From the NCBI RefSeq assembly GCF_017348835.2, contig NZ_CP071375.1: a stretch of DNA of 64,000 nt; one strand, written 5' to 3'. Shown in pieces: positions 47,819 through 63,567 of this stretch. A model generated the notes under the pieces. That model worked only from the letters and a program-made list of their open reading frames with translations, made no database searches and was not told where the DNA came from. The stretch comes from Escherichia coli (lineage in GTDB: Bacteria; Pseudomonadota; Gammaproteobacteria; Enterobacterales; Enterobacteriaceae). Positions within the stretch are counted from its first letter, which is position 1. Each line of letters begins with the position of its first letter. The position numbers were made by a program, and so were the translations under genes.

Positions 47819-48376
47819 GTGATTAGCGATATCAGAAAAGATGCTGAAGTACGCATGGACAAATGCGTAGAAGCGTTCAAAACCCAAATCAGCAAAATAC
47901 GCACGGGTCGTGCTTCTCCCAGCCTGCTGGATGGCATTGTCGTGGAATATTACGGCACGCCGACGCCGCTGCGTCAGCTGGCAAGCGTAACGGTAGAAGA
48001 TTCCCGTACTCTGAAAATCAACGTGTTTGATCGTTCAATGTCTCCGGCCGTTGAAAAAGCGATTATGGCGTCCGATCTTGGCCTGAACCCGAACTCTGCG
48101 GGTAGCGACATCCGTGTTCCGCTGCCGCCGCTGACGGAAGAACGTCGTAAAGATCTGACCAAAATCGTTCGTGGTGAAGCAGAACAAGCGCGTGTTGCAG
48201 TACGTAACGTGCGTCGTGACGCGAACGACAAAGTGAAAGCACTGTTGAAAGATAAAGAGATCAGCGAAGACGACGATCGCCGTTCTCAGGACGATGTACA
48301 GAAACTGACTGATGCTGCAATCAAGAAAATTGAAGCGGCGCTGGCAGACAAAGAAGCAGAACTGATGCAGTTCTGA
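47819..48376 (+). CDS. frr: Ribosome recycling factor
   Basis: 185-aa [54 protein letters not shown]... Confidence 0.97.
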
Positions 48377-48390
48377 TTTCTTGAACGACA

Positions 48391-48442
48391 AAAACGCCGC
48401 TTAGTAGATCCTTGCGGATCGGCTGGCGGCGTTTTGCTTTTT
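48391..48442 (+). terminator. Terminator downstream of frr (long stem with an internal small hairpin, then T-run)
   Basis: AAAACGCCGC (48391-48400) pairs with GCGGCGTTTT (48426-48435), followed by GCTTTTT. Confidence 0.5.
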
Positions 48443-48467
48443 ATTCTGTCTCAACTCTGGATGTTTC

Positions 48468-49664
48468 ATGAAGCAACTCACCATTCTGGGCTCGACCGGC
48501 TCGATTGGTTGCAGCACGCTGGACGTGGTGCGCCATAATCCCGAACACTTCCGCGTAGTTGCGCTGGTGGCAGGCAAAAATGTCACTCGCATGGTAGAAC
48601 AGTGCCTGGAATTCTCTCCCCGCTATGCCGTAATGGACGATGAAGCGAGTGCGAAACTTCTTAAAACGATGCTACAGCAACAGGGGAGCCGCACCGAAGT
48701 CTTAAGTGGGCAACAAGCCGCTTGCGATATGGCAGCGCTTGAGGAGGTTGATCAGGTGATGGCAGCCATTGTTGGTGCTGCTGGGCTGTTACCTACGCTT
48801 GCTGCGATCCGCGCGGGTAAAACCATTTTGCTGGCCAATAAAGAATCACTGGTTACCTGCGGACGTCTGTTTATGGACGCCGTAAAGCAGAGCAAAGCGC
48901 AATTGTTACCGGTCGATAGCGAACATAACGCTATTTTTCAGAGTTTACCGCAACCTATCCAGCATAATCTGGGATACGCTGACCTTGAGCAAAATGGCGT
49001 GGTGTCCATTTTACTTACCGGGTCTGGTGGCCCTTTCCGTGAGACGCCATTGCGCGATTTGGCAACAATGACGCCCCATCAAGCCTGCCGTCATCCGAAC
49101 TGGTCGATGGGACGTAAAATTTCTGTCGATTCGGCTACCATGATGAACAAAGGTCTGGAATACATTGAAGCGCGTTGGCTGTTTAACGCCAGCGCCAGCC
49201 AGATGGAAGTGCTGATTCACCCGCAGTCAGTGATTCACTCAATGGTGCGCTATCAGGACGGCAGTGTTCTGGCGCAGCTGGGGGAACCGGATATGCGTAC
49301 GCCAATTGCCCACACCATGGCATGGCCGAATCGCGTGAACTCTGGCGTGAAGCCGCTCGATTTTTGCAAACTAAGTGCGTTGACATTTGCCGCACCGGAT
49401 TATGATCGTTATCCATGCCTGAAACTGGCGATGGAGGCGTTCGAACAAGGTCAGGCAGCGACGACAGCATTGAATGCCGCAAACGAAATCACCGTTGCTG
49501 CTTTTCTTGCGCAACAAATCCGCTTTACGGATATCGCTGCGTTGAATTTATCCGTACTGGAAAAAATGGATATGCGCGAACCACAATGTGTGGACGATGT
49601 GTTATCTGTTGATGCGAACGCGCGTGAAGTCGCCAGAAAAGAGGTGATGCGTCTCGCAAGCTGA
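48468..49664 (+). CDS. dxr: 1-deoxy-D-xylulose 5-phosphate reductoisomerase
   Basis: 398-aa [42 protein letters not shown]... Confidence 0.97.
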
Positions 49665-49768
49665 GGATAATCCGGCTACAGAGAGTCGCGCTATTTGTTA
49701 GCGTAGGGCTTCAGTGATATAGTCTGCGCCATCTGATCGTAAGTAGTTGGCTTTATAAGGTCAGGTAT

Positions 49769-49794
49769 GCCGTGGTTTTACACGGCTTTTTTTT
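49769..49794 (+). terminator. Rho-independent terminator downstream of dxr
   Basis: GCCGTG-gtttta-CACGGC followed by TTTTTTTT. Confidence 0.6.
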
Positions 49795-49849
49795 GTATAG
49801 GCTTCAGTATTCCTGAGTACCGTAAACCCTGTCAGGGAATAAAAAACGC

Positions 49850-50611
49850 GTGATGTTGTCTGCTACTCAACCACTTAGCGAAAAATTGCCAGCGCATGGC
49901 TGCCGTCATGTTGCGATCATTATGGACGGCAATGGTCGCTGGGCAAAAAAGCAAGGGAAGATTCGTGCCTTTGGGCATAAAGCCGGGGCAAAATCCGTCC
50001 GCCGGGCTGTCTCTTTTGCGGCCAACAACGGTATTGAGGCGTTAACGCTGTATGCCTTTAGTAGTGAAAACTGGAACCGACCAGCGCAGGAAGTCAGTGC
50101 GTTAATGGAACTGTTTGTGTGGGCGCTCGATAGCGAAGTAAAAAGTCTGCACCGACATAACGTGCGTCTGCGTATTATTGGCGATACCAGTCGCTTTAAC
50201 TCGCGTTTGCAAGAACGTATTCGTAAATCTGAAGCGCTAACAGCCGGGAATACCGGTCTGACGCTGAATATTGCGGCGAACTACGGTGGACGTTGGGATA
50301 TAGTCCAGGGAGTCAGGCAACTGGCTGAAAAGGTGCAGCAAGGAAACCTGCAACCAGATCAGATAGATGAAGAGATGCTAAACCAGCATGTCTGTATGCA
50401 TGAACTGGCCCCTGTAGATTTAGTAATTAGGACTGGGGGGGAGCATCGCATTAGTAACTTTTTGCTTTGGCAAATTGCCTATGCCGAACTTTACTTTACA
50501 GATGTTCTCTGGCCCGATTTCGATGAACAAGACTTTGAAGGGGCGTTAAATGCCTTTGCTAATCGAGAGCGTCGTTTCGGCGGCACCGAGCCCGGTGATG
50601 AAACAGCCTGA
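49850..50611 (+). CDS. uppS: Ditrans,polycis-undecaprenyl-diphosphate synthase
   Basis: 253-aa ORF with conserved HVAIIMDGNGRWA and RTGGEHRISNFLLWQ motifs. Also known as ispU. Confidence 0.95.
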   Translation: MMLSATQPLSEKLPAHGCRHVAIIMDGNGRWAKKQGKIRAFGHKAGAKSVRRAVSFAANNGIEALTLYAFSSENWNRPAQEVSALMELFVWALDSEVKSLHRHNVRLRIIGDTSRFNSRLQERIRKSEALTAGNTGLTLNIAANYGGRWDIVQGVRQLAEKVQQGNLQPDQIDEEMLNQHVCMHELAPVDLVIRTGGEHRISNFLLWQIAYAELYFTDVLWPDFDEQDFEGALNAFANRERRFGGTEPGDETA

Positions 50612-50623
50612 TGGGGGTCGCTT

Positions 50624-51481
50624 TTGCTGAAGTATCGCCTGATATCTGCTTTTGTGTTAATACCCGTCGTCATCGCGGCGTTGTTTCTGTTGCCGCCGGT
50701 GGGGTTCGCCATTGTAACGCTGGTGGTCTGCATGCTGGCAGCGTGGGAATGGGGACAGCTTAGCGGTTTTACCACTCGTTCGCAGCGAGTATGGTTGGCG
50801 GTGTTATGCGGGTTATTGTTGGCGCTGATGCTTTTTCTGTTGCCGGAATATCACCGAAATATTCATCAACCGCTGGTTGAAATCTCACTTTGGGCTTCGT
50901 TGGGTTGGTGGATTGTCGCGCTATTGCTGGTGCTGTTTTACCCAGATTCCGCAGCAATCTGGCGTAACTCTAAAACATTGCGCCTTATTTTTGGCGTGCT
51001 AACCATTGTTCCCTTCTTCTGGGGCATGCTGGCGTTACGGGCCTGGCACTACGACGAGAATCATTACAGTGGCGCAATATGGCTGCTCTATGTCATGATC
51101 CTGGTATGGGGCGCTGACTCTGGCGCATATATGTTTGGCAAATTGTTTGGTAAACATAAGCTGGCACCGAAGGTTTCTCCGGGTAAAACCTGGCAAGGCT
51201 TTATAGGTGGACTAGCGACCGCAGCGGTAATCTCATGGGGTTATGGCATGTGGGCGAATCTCGACGTCGCTCCCGTCACCTTACTCATTTGCTCTATTGT
51301 CGCAGCGTTAGCCTCAGTGCTCGGCGATCTGACCGAGAGTATGTTTAAGCGTGAAGCAGGAATTAAGGACAGCGGTCATTTAATTCCAGGACACGGTGGT
51401 ATTTTAGATCGTATTGATAGCCTGACGGCTGCGGTACCGGTCTTTGCTTGCTTGTTGTTACTGGTATTCAGGACGCTTTAA
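50624..51481 (+). CDS. cdsA: Phosphatidate cytidylyltransferase (CDP-diglyceride synthase)
   Basis: 285-aa hydrophobic ORF; C-terminal region …[17 protein letters not shown]…. Confidence 0.95.
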
Positions 51482-51492
51482 CGGAAGGTAAT

Positions 51493-52845
51493 ATGCTGAG
51501 TTTTCTCTGGGATTTGGCTTCGTTCATCGTTGCACTGGGTGTACTTATCACCGTGCATGAATTTGGTCATTTCTGGGTTGCCCGGCGTTGTGGTGTTCGC
51601 GTTGAGCGTTTCTCAATAGGGTTTGGTAAGGCGCTCTGGCGGCGAACTGATAAGCTCGGTACCGAATATGTTATCGCCCTGATCCCGCTGGGCGGTTATG
51701 TCAAAATGCTGGATGAGCGCGCAGAACCGGTCGTTCCGGAACTCCGCCACCATGCCTTCAATAATAAATCTGTCGGCCAACGAGCGGCGATTATTGCCGC
51801 AGGTCCGGTTGCAAACTTCATTTTTGCTATCTTTGCCTACTGGCTGGTTTTTATTATTGGTGTGCCTGGCGTACGTCCGGTGGTTGGCGAAATAGCAGCC
51901 AATTCGATAGCTGCGGAAGCACAAATTGCACCAGGTACGGAACTAAAAGCCGTAGATGGTATCGAAACGCCTGATTGGGATGCTGTGCGTTTGCAGTTGG
52001 TCGATAAAATTGGCGATGAAAGCACCACCATTACAGTAGCGCCATTTGGCAGCGACCAACGGCGGGATGTAAAGCTCGATTTACGTCACTGGGCGTTTGA
52101 GCCTGATAAAGAAGATCCGGTATCTTCGCTGGGGATTCGTCCTCGTGGACCGCAAATTGAACCTGTACTGGAAAATGTGCAGCCAAACTCGGCGGCAAGC
52201 AAGGCAGGTTTGCAAGCAGGCGACAGGATCGTTAAAGTCGATGGTCAGCCCTTAACGCAGTGGGTGACCTTTGTGATGCTTGTCCGGGATAACCCGGGTA
52301 AATCCTTAGCGTTAGAAATCGAAAGGCAGGGGAGTCCCTTGTCTTTGACATTAATCCCGGAGAGTAAACCGGGTAATGGTAAAGCGATTGGTTTTGTCGG
52401 TATTGAGCCGAAAGTCATTCCTTTGCCAGATGAGTATAAAGTTGTACGCCAGTATGGGCCGTTCAACGCCATCGTCGAAGCCACGGACAAAACGTGGCAG
52501 CTGATGAAGCTGACGGTCAGTATGCTGGGAAAATTGATCACCGGTGATGTGAAACTGAACAACCTCAGTGGGCCGATCTCTATCGCCAAGGGGGCTGGGA
52601 TGACAGCGGAACTCGGGGTAGTTTATTACCTGCCGTTTCTTGCGCTTATTAGCGTGAACTTAGGGATAATTAACCTGTTTCCGTTGCCCGTACTTGACGG
52701 GGGGCATCTGCTGTTCCTTGCGATCGAAAAGATCAAGGGCGGACCGGTATCCGAGCGGGTTCAAGACTTTTGTTATCGCATTGGCTCGATTCTGCTGGTG
52801 CTGTTAATGGGGCTTGCACTTTTCAATGATTTCTCTCGGTTATGA
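51493..52845 (+). CDS. rseP: Regulator of sigma-E protease RseP (site-2 zinc metalloprotease)
   Basis: 450 aa from [27 protein letters not shown] (HExxH zinc motif), PDZ regions, LDG motif. The ORF track begins at upstream ATG 51448, overlapping cdsA. Confidence 0.95.
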
Positions 52846-52856
52846 GAGTTAGTTAG

Positions 52857-55307
<2,451 letters not shown>

Positions 55308-55428
55308 GTGTTCTCCACAAAGGAATGTAGTGGTAGTGTAGCGATGACTTTAGGCGATCAATATAAGATCGCCGGGCCACGCAAAGAACTGCACCCTCCG
55401 GTGCAAATGGGATGGTAAGGAGTTTATT

Positions 55429-55914
55429 GTGAAAAAGTGGTTATTAGCTGCAGGTCTCGGTTTAGCACTGGCAACATCTGCTCAGGCGGCTGACAAAATT
55501 GCAATCGTCAACATGGGCAGCCTGTTCCAGCAGGTAGCGCAGAAAACCGGTGTTTCTAACACGCTGGAAAATGAGTTCAAAGGCCGTGCCAGCGAACTGC
55601 AGCGTATGGAAACCGATCTGCAGGCTAAAATGAAAAAGCTGCAGTCCATGAAAGCGGGCAGCGATCGCACTAAGCTGGAAAAAGACGTGATGGCTCAGCG
55701 CCAGACTTTTGCTCAGAAAGCGCAGGCTTTTGAGCAGGATCGCGCACGTCGTTCCAACGAAGAACGCGGCAAACTGGTTACTCGTATCCAGACTGCTGTG
55801 AAATCCGTTGCCAACAGCCAGGATATCGATCTGGTTGTTGATGCAAACGCCGTTGCTTACAACAGCAGCGATGTAAAAGACATCACTGCCGACGTACTGA
55901 AACAGGTTAAATAA
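55429..55914 (+). CDS. skp: Periplasmic chaperone Skp
   Basis: 161-aa ORF with signal peptide [20 protein letters not shown]. Confidence 0.95.
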   Translation: MKKWLLAAGLGLALATSAQAADKIAIVNMGSLFQQVAQKTGVSNTLENEFKGRASELQRMETDLQAKMKKLQSMKAGSDRTKLEKDVMAQRQTFAQKAQAFEQDRARRSNEERGKLVTRIQTAVKSVANSQDIDLVVDANAVAYNSSDVKDITADVLKQVK

Positions 55915-55917
55915 GTA

Positions 55918-56943
55918 ATGCCTTCAATTCGACTGGCTGATTTAGCGCAGCAGTTGGATGCAGAACTACACGGTGATGGCGATATCGTCATCACCGGCGT
56001 TGCGTCCATGCAATCTGCACAAACAGGTCACATTACGTTCATGGTTAACCCAAAATACCGTGAGCATTTAGGCTTGTGCCAGGCATCCGCGGTTGTCATG
56101 ACCCAGGACGATCTTCCTTTCGCGAAAAGTGCCGCGCTGGTAGTGAAGAATCCCTACCTGACTTACGCGCGCATGGCGCAAATTTTAGATACCACGCCGC
56201 AGCCCGCGCAGAATATTGCACCCAGTGCAGTGATCGACGCGACGGCGAAGCTGGGTAACAACGTATCGATTGGCGCTAACGCGGTGATTGAGTCCGGCGT
56301 TGAACTGGGCGATAACGTGATTATCGGTGCCGGTTGCTTCGTAGGTAAAAACAGCAAAATCGGTGCAGGTTCGCGTCTCTGGGCGAATGTAACCATTTAC
56401 CATGAGATCCAGATCGGTCAGAATTGCCTGATCCAGTCCGGAACAGTGGTAGGCGCAGACGGCTTTGGTTATGCCAACGATCGTGGTAACTGGGTGAAGA
56501 TCCCACAGATTGGTCGCGTAATTATTGGCGATCGCGTGGAGATCGGTGCCTGCACTACCATCGATCGCGGCGCGCTGGATGACACGGTTATTGGCAATGG
56601 CGTGATCATTGATAACCAGTGCCAGATTGCACATAACGTCGTGATTGGCGACAATACGGCGGTTGCCGGTGGCGTCATTATGGCGGGCAGCCTGAAAATT
56701 GGTCGTTACTGCATGATCGGCGGAGCCAGCGTAATCAACGGGCATATGGAAATATGCGACAAAGTGACGGTTACGGGCATGGGTATGGTGATGCGTCCCA
56801 TCACTGAACCAGGCGTCTATTCCTCAGGCATTCCGCTGCAACCCAACAAAGTCTGGCGCAAAACCGCTGCACTGGTGATGAACATTGATGACATGAGCAA
56901 GCGTCTGAAATCGCTTGAGCGCAAGGTTAATCAACAAGACTAA
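55918..56943 (+). CDS. lpxD: UDP-3-O-(3-hydroxymyristoyl)glucosamine N-acyltransferase
   Basis: 341-aa ORF with a left-handed beta-helix hexapeptide-repeat region. Confidence 0.95.
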
Positions 56944-57047
56944 CGTTCCATCTTTTGTTCGCCAAACTTTACGGCCTGTCTCATTCTTACGATTGCGGCA
57001 GGCCGTGTTATTATTGTCGTTTCTTATATTTTGACAGGAAGAGTATC

Positions 57048-57503
57048 TTGACTACTAACACTCATACTCTGCAGATTGAAGAGATTTTAGAACTTCTGCC
57101 GCACCGTTTCCCGTTCTTACTGGTGGATCGCGTGCTGGATTTTGAAGAAGGTCGTTTTCTGCGCGCAGTAAAAAATGTCTCTGTCAATGAGCCATTCTTC
57201 CAGGGCCATTTCCCTGGAAAACCGATTTTCCCGGGTGTGCTGATTCTGGAAGCAATGGCACAGGCAACAGGTATTCTGGCGTTTAAAAGCGTAGGAAAAC
57301 TGGAACCGGGTGAGCTGTACTACTTCGCCGGTATTGACGAAGCGCGCTTCAAGCGCCCGGTCGTGCCTGGCGATCAAATGATCATGGAAGTCACTTTCGA
57401 AAAAACGCGCCGCGGCCTGACCCGTTTTAAAGGGGTTGCTCTGGTCGACGGTAAAGTAGTTTGCGAAGCAACGATGATGTGTGCTCGTAGCCGGGAGGCC
57501 TGA
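57048..57503 (+). CDS. fabZ: 3-hydroxyacyl-[ACP] dehydratase FabZ
   Basis: 151 aa from a TTG start ([29 protein letters not shown]...). The ORF track's 182-aa call from ATG 56955 is an over-extension. Confidence 0.9.
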
Positions 57504-57506
57504 TAC

Positions 57507-58295
57507 GTGATTGATAAATCCGCCTTTGTGCATCCAACCGCCATTGTGGAAGAGGGCGCGTCGATTGGCGCGAACGCACACATTGGTCCTTTTTGTATCG
57601 TTGGACCCCATGTCGAAATTGGTGAGGGTACCGTACTGAAATCTCACGTTGTCGTGAATGGTCATACTAAAATTGGCCGCGATAATGAGATTTATCAGTT
57701 CGCCTCCATCGGCGAAGTTAACCAGGATTTGAAATATGCTGGCGAACCGACCCGTGTGGAAATCGGCGATCGTAACCGCATTCGCGAAAGCGTCACCATT
57801 CATCGTGGCACAGTCCAGGGCGGTGGATTGACGAAGGTGGGCAGCGACAACTTACTGATGATCAACGCGCACATTGCGCACGATTGTACGGTAGGTAACC
57901 GCTGTATTCTCGCCAACAACGCAACGCTGGCGGGTCACGTATCGGTTGACGACTTCGCGATCATCGGCGGCATGACCGCAGTCCATCAGTTCTGCATCAT
58001 TGGTGCGCATGTGATGGTTGGCGGCTGCTCCGGTGTGGCGCAGGACGTCCCTCCTTATGTCATTGCGCAGGGTAACCACGCAACGCCGTTCGGTGTCAAT
58101 ATCGAAGGGCTGAAGCGCCGCGGATTCAGCCGTGAGGCGATTACCGCTATCCGCAATGCGTATAAGCTGATTTATCGTAGCGGTAAAACGCTCGATGAAG
58201 TGAAACCGGAAATTGCTGAACTGGCGGAAACATATCCGGAAGTGAAAGCCTTTACCGATTTCTTTGCACGCTCAACGCGCGGTCTGATTCGTTAA
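57507..58295 (+). CDS. lpxA: UDP-N-acetylglucosamine O-acyltransferase
   Basis: 262-aa [47 protein letters not shown]... Confidence 0.95.
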
Positions 58296-59443
58296 TGACT
58301 GAACAGCGTCCATTAACGATTGCCCTGGTCGCCGGAGAAACCTCCGGCGATATCCTGGGGGCCGGTTTAATCCGCGCTCTGAAAGAACGTGTGCCCAACG
58401 CCCGCTTTGTTGGTGTTGCCGGGCCACGAATGCAAGCTGAAGGCTGCGAAGCCTGGTACGAAATGGAAGAACTGGCGGTAATGGGCATTGTTGAAGTGCT
58501 CGGTCGTCTGCGTCGCTTACTGCATATTCGTGCCGATCTGACAAAGCGTTTTGGCGAACTGAAGCCAGATGTTTTTGTCGGTATTGATGCGCCTGACTTC
58601 AATATTACTCTTGAAGGTAACCTCAAAAAGCAGGGTATCAAAACCATTCATTACGTCAGTCCGTCCGTCTGGGCGTGGCGACAGAAACGCGTTTTCAAAA
58701 TAGGCAGAGCCACCGATCTGGTGCTCGCATTTCTGCCTTTCGAAAAAGCGTTTTATGACAAATACAACGTACCGTGCCGCTTTATCGGTCATACCATGGC
58801 TGATGCCATGCCATTAGATCCAGATAAAAATGGTGCCCGTGATGTGCTGGGGATCCCTTACGATGCCCACTGTCTGGCATTGTTGCCGGGCAGCCGTGGT
58901 GCAGAAGTCGAAATGCTTAGTGCCGATTTCCTGAAAACGGCCCAGCTTTTGCGCCAGACATATCCAGATCTCGAAATCGTGGTGCCGCTGGTGAATGCCA
59001 AACGCCGCGAGCAGTTTGAACGCATCAAAGCTGCAGTCGCGCCAGACCTGTCGGTTCATTTGCTGGATGGAATGGGCCGTGAGGCGATGGTTGCCAGCGA
59101 TGCGGCGCTACTGGCGTCGGGTACGGCAGCACTGGAGTGTATGCTGGCGAAATGCCCGATGGTGGTGGGGTATCGCATGAAGCCTTTCACTTTCTGGTTG
59201 GCGAAGCGTCTGGTGAAAACTGATTATGTCTCGCTGCCAAATCTGCTGGCGGGCAGAGAGTTAGTCAAAGAGTTATTGCAGGAAGAGTGTGAGCCGCAAA
59301 AACTGGCTGCGGCGCTGTTACCGCTGTTGGCGAACGGGAAAACCAGCCACGCGATGCACGATACCTTCCGTGAACTGCATCAGCAGATCCGCTGCAATGC
59401 CGATGAGCAGGCGGCACAAGCCGTTCTGGAGTTAGCACAATGA
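58295..59443 (+). CDS. lpxB: Lipid-A-disaccharide synthase
   Basis: 382-aa [34 protein letters not shown]...; overlaps the lpxA stop and rnhB start. Confidence 0.95.
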   Translation: MTEQRPLTIALVAGETSGDILGAGLIRALKERVPNARFVGVAGPRMQAEGCEAWYEMEELAVMGIVEVLGRLRRLLHIRADLTKRFGELKPDVFVGIDAPDFNITLEGNLKKQGIKTIHYVSPSVWAWRQKRVFKIGRATDLVLAFLPFEKAFYDKYNVPCRFIGHTMADAMPLDPDKNGARDVLGIPYDAHCLALLPGSRGAEVEMLSADFLKTAQLLRQTYPDLEIVVPLVNAKRREQFERIKAAVAPDLSVHLLDGMGREAMVASDAALLASGTAALECMLAKCPMVVGYRMKPFTFWLAKRLVKTDYVSLPNLLAGRELVKELLQEECEPQKLAAALLPLLANGKTSHAMHDTFRELHQQIRCNADEQAAQAVLELAQ

Positions 59444-60036
59444 TCGAATTTGTCTATCCGCACACGCAGCTGGTTGCGGGTGTGGATGAAGCCGGACGCG
59501 GGCCGTTAGTTGGCGCGGTCGTCACCGCTGCGGTGATTCTCGACCCGGCGCGCCCGATTGCCGGGCTGAATGATTCCAAAAAGCTGAGCGAAAAACGTCG
59601 TCTGGCGCTCTGTGAAGAGATCAAAGAGAAAGCGTTGAGCTGGAGTCTGGGCCGCGCGGAACCTCACGAAATCGATGAACTGAATATTTTACATGCGACC
59701 ATGCTGGCGATGCAGCGTGCCGTTGCTGGGCTGCATATTGCGCCGGAATATGTGTTGATTGATGGTAACCGCTGCCCGAAATTACCGATGCCTTCGATGG
59801 CAGTGGTGAAAGGCGATAGCCGCGTACCGGAAATCAGTGCCGCGTCTATCCTGGCGAAAGTGACGCGTGACGCCGAAATGGCGGCGCTGGATATTGTTTT
59901 CCCGCAATATGGTTTTGCCCAACACAAAGGGTATCCAACCGCTTTTCATCTGGAAAAACTGGCTGAATATGGCGCGACTGAACATCATCGTCGCAGCTTT
60001 GGGCCTGTCAAACGAGCACTGGGACTTGCGTCCTGA
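59440..60036 (+). CDS. rnhB: Ribonuclease HII
   Basis: 198-aa [38 protein letters not shown]... Confidence 0.95.
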   Translation: MIEFVYPHTQLVAGVDEAGRGPLVGAVVTAAVILDPARPIAGLNDSKKLSEKRRLALCEEIKEKALSWSLGRAEPHEIDELNILHATMLAMQRAVAGLHIAPEYVLIDGNRCPKLPMPSMAVVKGDSRVPEISAASILAKVTRDAEMAALDIVFPQYGFAQHKGYPTAFHLEKLAEYGATEHHRRSFGPVKRALGLAS

Positions 60037-60072
60037 TTCTTGTGTCGAGATTAAGTAAACCGGAATCTGAAG

Positions 60073-63000
60073 ATGTCTGAACCACGTTTCGTACACCTGC
60101 GGGTGCACAGCGACTACTCGATGATCGATGGCCTGGCCAAAACCGCACCGCTGGTAAAAAAGGCGGCGGCGTTGGGTATGCCAGCACTGGCGATCACCGA
60201 TTTCACCAACCTTTGCGGTCTGGTGAAGTTCTACGGAGCGGGACATGGCGCAGGGATTAAGCCTATCGTCGGGGCAGATTTTAACGTCCAGTGCGACCTG
60301 CTGGGTGATGAGTTAACCCACCTGACGGTACTGGCGGCGAACAATACCGGCTATCAGAATCTGACGTTGCTGATCTCAAAAGCGTATCAGCGCGGGTACG
60401 GTGCCGCCGGGCCGATCATCGATCGCGACTGGCTTATCGAATTAAACGAAGGGTTGATCCTTCTTTCCGGCGGGCGCATGGGCGACGTCGGACGCAGTCT
60501 TTTGCGTGGCAACAGCGCGCTGGTAGATGAGTGTGTCGCGTTTTATGAAGAACACTTCCCGGATCGCTATTTTCTCGAGCTGATCCGCACCGGCAGGCCG
60601 GATGAAGAAAGCTATCTGCACGCGGCGGTGGAACTGGCGGAAGCGCGCGGTTTGCCCGTCGTGGCGACTAACGATGTGCGCTTTATCGACAGCAGCGACT
60701 TTGACGCACACGAAATCCGCGTCGCGATCCACGACGGCTTTACCCTCGACGATCCTAAACGCCCGCGTAACTATTCGCCGCAGCAATATATGCGTAGCGA
60801 AGAGGAGATGTGCGAGCTGTTTGCCGACATCCCCGAAGCCCTTGCCAACACCGTTGAGATCGCCAAACGTTGTAACGTAACTGTGCGTCTGGGTGAATAC
60901 TTCCTGCCGCAGTTCCCGACCGGGGACATGAGCACCGAAGATTATCTGGTCAAGCGTGCAAAAGAAGGCCTGGAAGAGCGTCTGGCCTTTTTATTCCCTG
61001 ATGAGGAAGAACGTCTTAAGCGCCGCCCGGAATATGACGAACGTCTGGAGACTGAACTTCAGGTTATCAACCAGATGGGCTTCCCGGGCTACTTCCTCAT
61101 CGTTATGGAATTTATCCAGTGGTCGAAAGATAACGGCGTACCGGTAGGGCCAGGCCGTGGCTCCGGTGCGGGTTCACTGGTGGCCTACGCGCTGAAAATC
61201 ACCGACCTCGATCCGCTGGAATTTGACCTGCTGTTCGAACGTTTCCTTAACCCGGAACGTGTCTCCATGCCTGACTTCGACGTTGACTTCTGTATGGAGA
61301 AACGCGACCAGGTTATCGAGCACGTAGCGGACATGTACGGTCGTGATGCGGTATCGCAGATTATCACCTTCGGTACGATGGCGGCGAAAGCGGTGATCCG
61401 CGACGTAGGCCGCGTGCTGGGGCATCCGTACGGCTTTGTCGACCGTATCTCGAAACTGATCCCGCCCGATCCGGGCATGACGCTGGCGAAAGCGTTTGAA
61501 GCCGAGCCGCAGCTGCCGGAAATCTACGAAGCGGATGAAGAAGTTAAGGCGCTGATCGACATGGCGCGCAAACTGGAAGGGGTCACCCGTAACGCCGGTA
61601 AGCACGCCGGTGGAGTGGTTATCGCGCCGACCAAAATTACCGATTTTGCGCCGCTTTATTGCGATGAAGAGGGCAAACATCCGGTCACCCAGTTTGATAA
61701 AAGCGACGTTGAATATGCCGGACTGGTGAAGTTCGACTTCCTTGGTTTACGTACGCTCACCATCATCAACTGGGCGCTGGAGATGATCAACAAGCGGCGG
61801 GCGAAGAATGGCGAGCCGCCGCTGGATATCGCCGCGATCCCGCTGGATGACAAGAAAAGCTTCGACATGCTGCAACGCTCGGAAACCACGGCGGTATTCC
61901 AGCTTGAATCGCGCGGCATGAAGGACCTGATCAAGCGTCTGCAACCTGACTGCTTCGAAGATATGATCGCACTGGTGGCACTGTTCCGCCCTGGTCCGTT
62001 GCAATCAGGGATGGTGGATAACTTTATCGACCGTAAACATGGTCGCGAAGAGATTTCCTACCCGGACGTGCAGTGGCAGCATGAAAGCCTGAAACCAGTA
62101 CTGGAGCCAACCTACGGCATTATCCTGTATCAGGAACAGGTCATGCAGATTGCGCAGGTGCTCTCTGGTTATACCCTCGGTGGCGCGGATATGCTGCGTC
62201 GTGCGATGGGTAAGAAAAAGCCGGAAGAGATGGCTAAGCAGCGTTCTGTATTTGCTGAAGGTGCAGAAAAGAACGGAATCAACGCCGAACTGGCGATGAA
62301 AATCTTCGACCTGGTGGAGAAATTCGCTGGTTACGGATTTAACAAATCGCACTCTGCGGCCTATGCTTTGGTGTCATATCAAACATTATGGCTGAAAGCG
62401 CACTATCCGGCAGAGTTTATGGCGGCGGTAATGACCGCCGATATGGACAACACCGAGAAGGTGGTGGGCCTGGTGGATGAGTGCTGGCGGATGGGGCTGA
62501 AAATCCTGCCACCAGATATAAACTCCGGTCTTTACCATTTCCACGTCAACGACGACGGCGAAATCGTGTATGGTATTGGCGCGATCAAAGGGGTCGGTGA
62601 AGGTCCGATTGAGGCGATCATCGAAGCCCGTAATAAAGGCGGCTACTTCCGCGAACTGTTTGATCTCTGCGCCCGAACCGACACCAAAAAGTTAAACCGG
62701 CGGGTGCTGGAAAAACTGATCATGTCCGGGGCGTTTGACCGTCTTGGGCCACACCGCGCGGCACTGATGAACTCGCTGGGTGATGCGTTAAAAGCGGCAG
62801 ATCAACACGCGAAAGCGGAAGCTATCGGTCAGGCCGATATGTTCGGCGTGCTGGCCGAAGAACCGGAACAAATTGAACAATCCTACGCCAGCTGCCAACC
62901 GTGGCCGGAGCAGGTGGTATTAGATGGGGAACGTGAAACGTTAGGCCTGTACCTGACCGGACACCCTATCAACCAGTATTTAAAAGAGATTGAGCGTTAT

Positions 63001-63555
63001 GTCGGAGGCGTAAGGCTGAAAGACATGCACCCGACAGAACGTGGTAAAGTCATCACGGCTGCGGGGCTCGTTGTTGCCGCGCGGGTTATGGTCACCAAGC
63101 GCGGCAATCGTATCGGTATCTGCACGCTGGATGACCGTTCCGGGCGGCTGGAAGTGATGTTGTTTACTGACGCCCTGGATAAATACCAGCAATTGCTGGA
63201 AAAAGACCGCATACTTATCGTCAGCGGACAGGTCAGCTTTGATGACTTCAGCGGTGGGCTTAAAATGACCGCTCGCGAAGTGATGGATATTGACGAAGCC
63301 CGGGAAAAATATGCTCGCGGGCTTGCTATCTCGCTGACGGACAGGCAAATTGATGACCAGCTTTTAAACCGACTCCGTCAGTCTCTGGAACCCCACCGCT
63401 CTGGGACAATTCCAGTACATCTCTACTATCAGAGGGCGGATGCACGCGCGCGGTTGCGTTTTGGCGCGACGTGGCGTGTCTCTCCGAGCGATCGTTTATT
63501 AAACGATCTCCGTGGCCTCATTGGTTCGGAGCAGGTGGAACTGGAGTTTGACTAA
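60073..63555 (+). CDS. dnaE: DNA polymerase III alpha subunit
   Basis: 1160-aa [47 protein letters not shown]... (PHP domain N-terminus). Confidence 0.97.
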   Translation: MSEPRFVHLRVHSDYSMIDGLAKTAPLVKKAAALGMPALAITDFTNLCGLVKFYGAGHGAGIKPIVGADFNVQCDLLGDELTHLTVLAANNTGYQNLTLLISKAYQRGYGAAGPIIDRDWLIELNEGLILLSGGRMGDVGRSLLRGNSALVDECVAFYEEHFPDRYFLELIRTGRPDEESYLHAAVELAEARGLPVVATNDVRFIDSSDFDAHEIRVAIHDGFTLDDPKRPRNYSPQQYMRSEEEMCELFADIPEALANTVEIAKRCNVTVRLGEYFLPQFPTGDMSTEDYLVKRAKEGLEERLAFLFPDEEERLKRRPEYDERLETELQVINQMGFPGYFLIVMEFIQWSKDNGVPVGPGRGSGAGSLVAYALKITDLDPLEFDLLFERFLNPERVSMPDFDVDFCMEKRDQVIEHVADMYGRDAVSQIITFGTMAAKAVIRDVGRVLGHPYGFVDRISKLIPPDPGMTLAKAFEAEPQLPEIYEADEEVKALIDMARKLEGVTRNAGKHAGGVVIAPTKITDFAPLYCDEEGKHPVTQFDKSDVEYAGLVKFDFLGLRTLTIINWALEMINKRRAKNGEPPLDIAAIPLDDKKSFDMLQRSETTAVFQLESRGMKDLIKRLQPDCFEDMIALVALFRPGPLQSGMVDNFIDRKHGREEISYPDVQWQHESLKPVLEPTYGIILYQEQVMQIAQVLSGYTLGGADMLRRAMGKKKPEEMAKQRSVFAEGAEKNGINAELAMKIFDLVEKFAGYGFNKSHSAAYALVSYQTLWLKAHYPAEFMAAVMTADMDNTEKVVGLVDECWRMGLKILPPDINSGLYHFHVNDDGEIVYGIGAIKGVGEGPIEAIIEARNKGGYFRELFDLCARTDTKKLNRRVLEKLIMSGAFDRLGPHRAALMNSLGDALKAADQHAKAEAIGQADMFGVLAEEPEQIEQSYASCQPWPEQVVLDGERETLGLYLTGHPINQYLKEIERYVGGVRLKDMHPTERGKVITAAGLVVAARVMVTKRGNRIGICTLDDRSGRLEVMLFTDALDKYQQLLEKDRILIVSGQVSFDDFSGGLKMTAREVMDIDEAREKYARGLAISLTDRQIDDQLLNRLRQSLEPHRSGTIPVHLYYQRADARARLRFGATWRVSPSDRLLNDLRGLIGSEQVELEFD

Positions 63556-63567
63556 TACAGGAATACT

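Noticed and set aside
56185-57803. Antisense ORFs of 186 and 228 aa opposite lpxD and fabZ/lpxA
   Set aside because: Hexapeptide-repeat genes generate long antisense open frames; there is no independent support.
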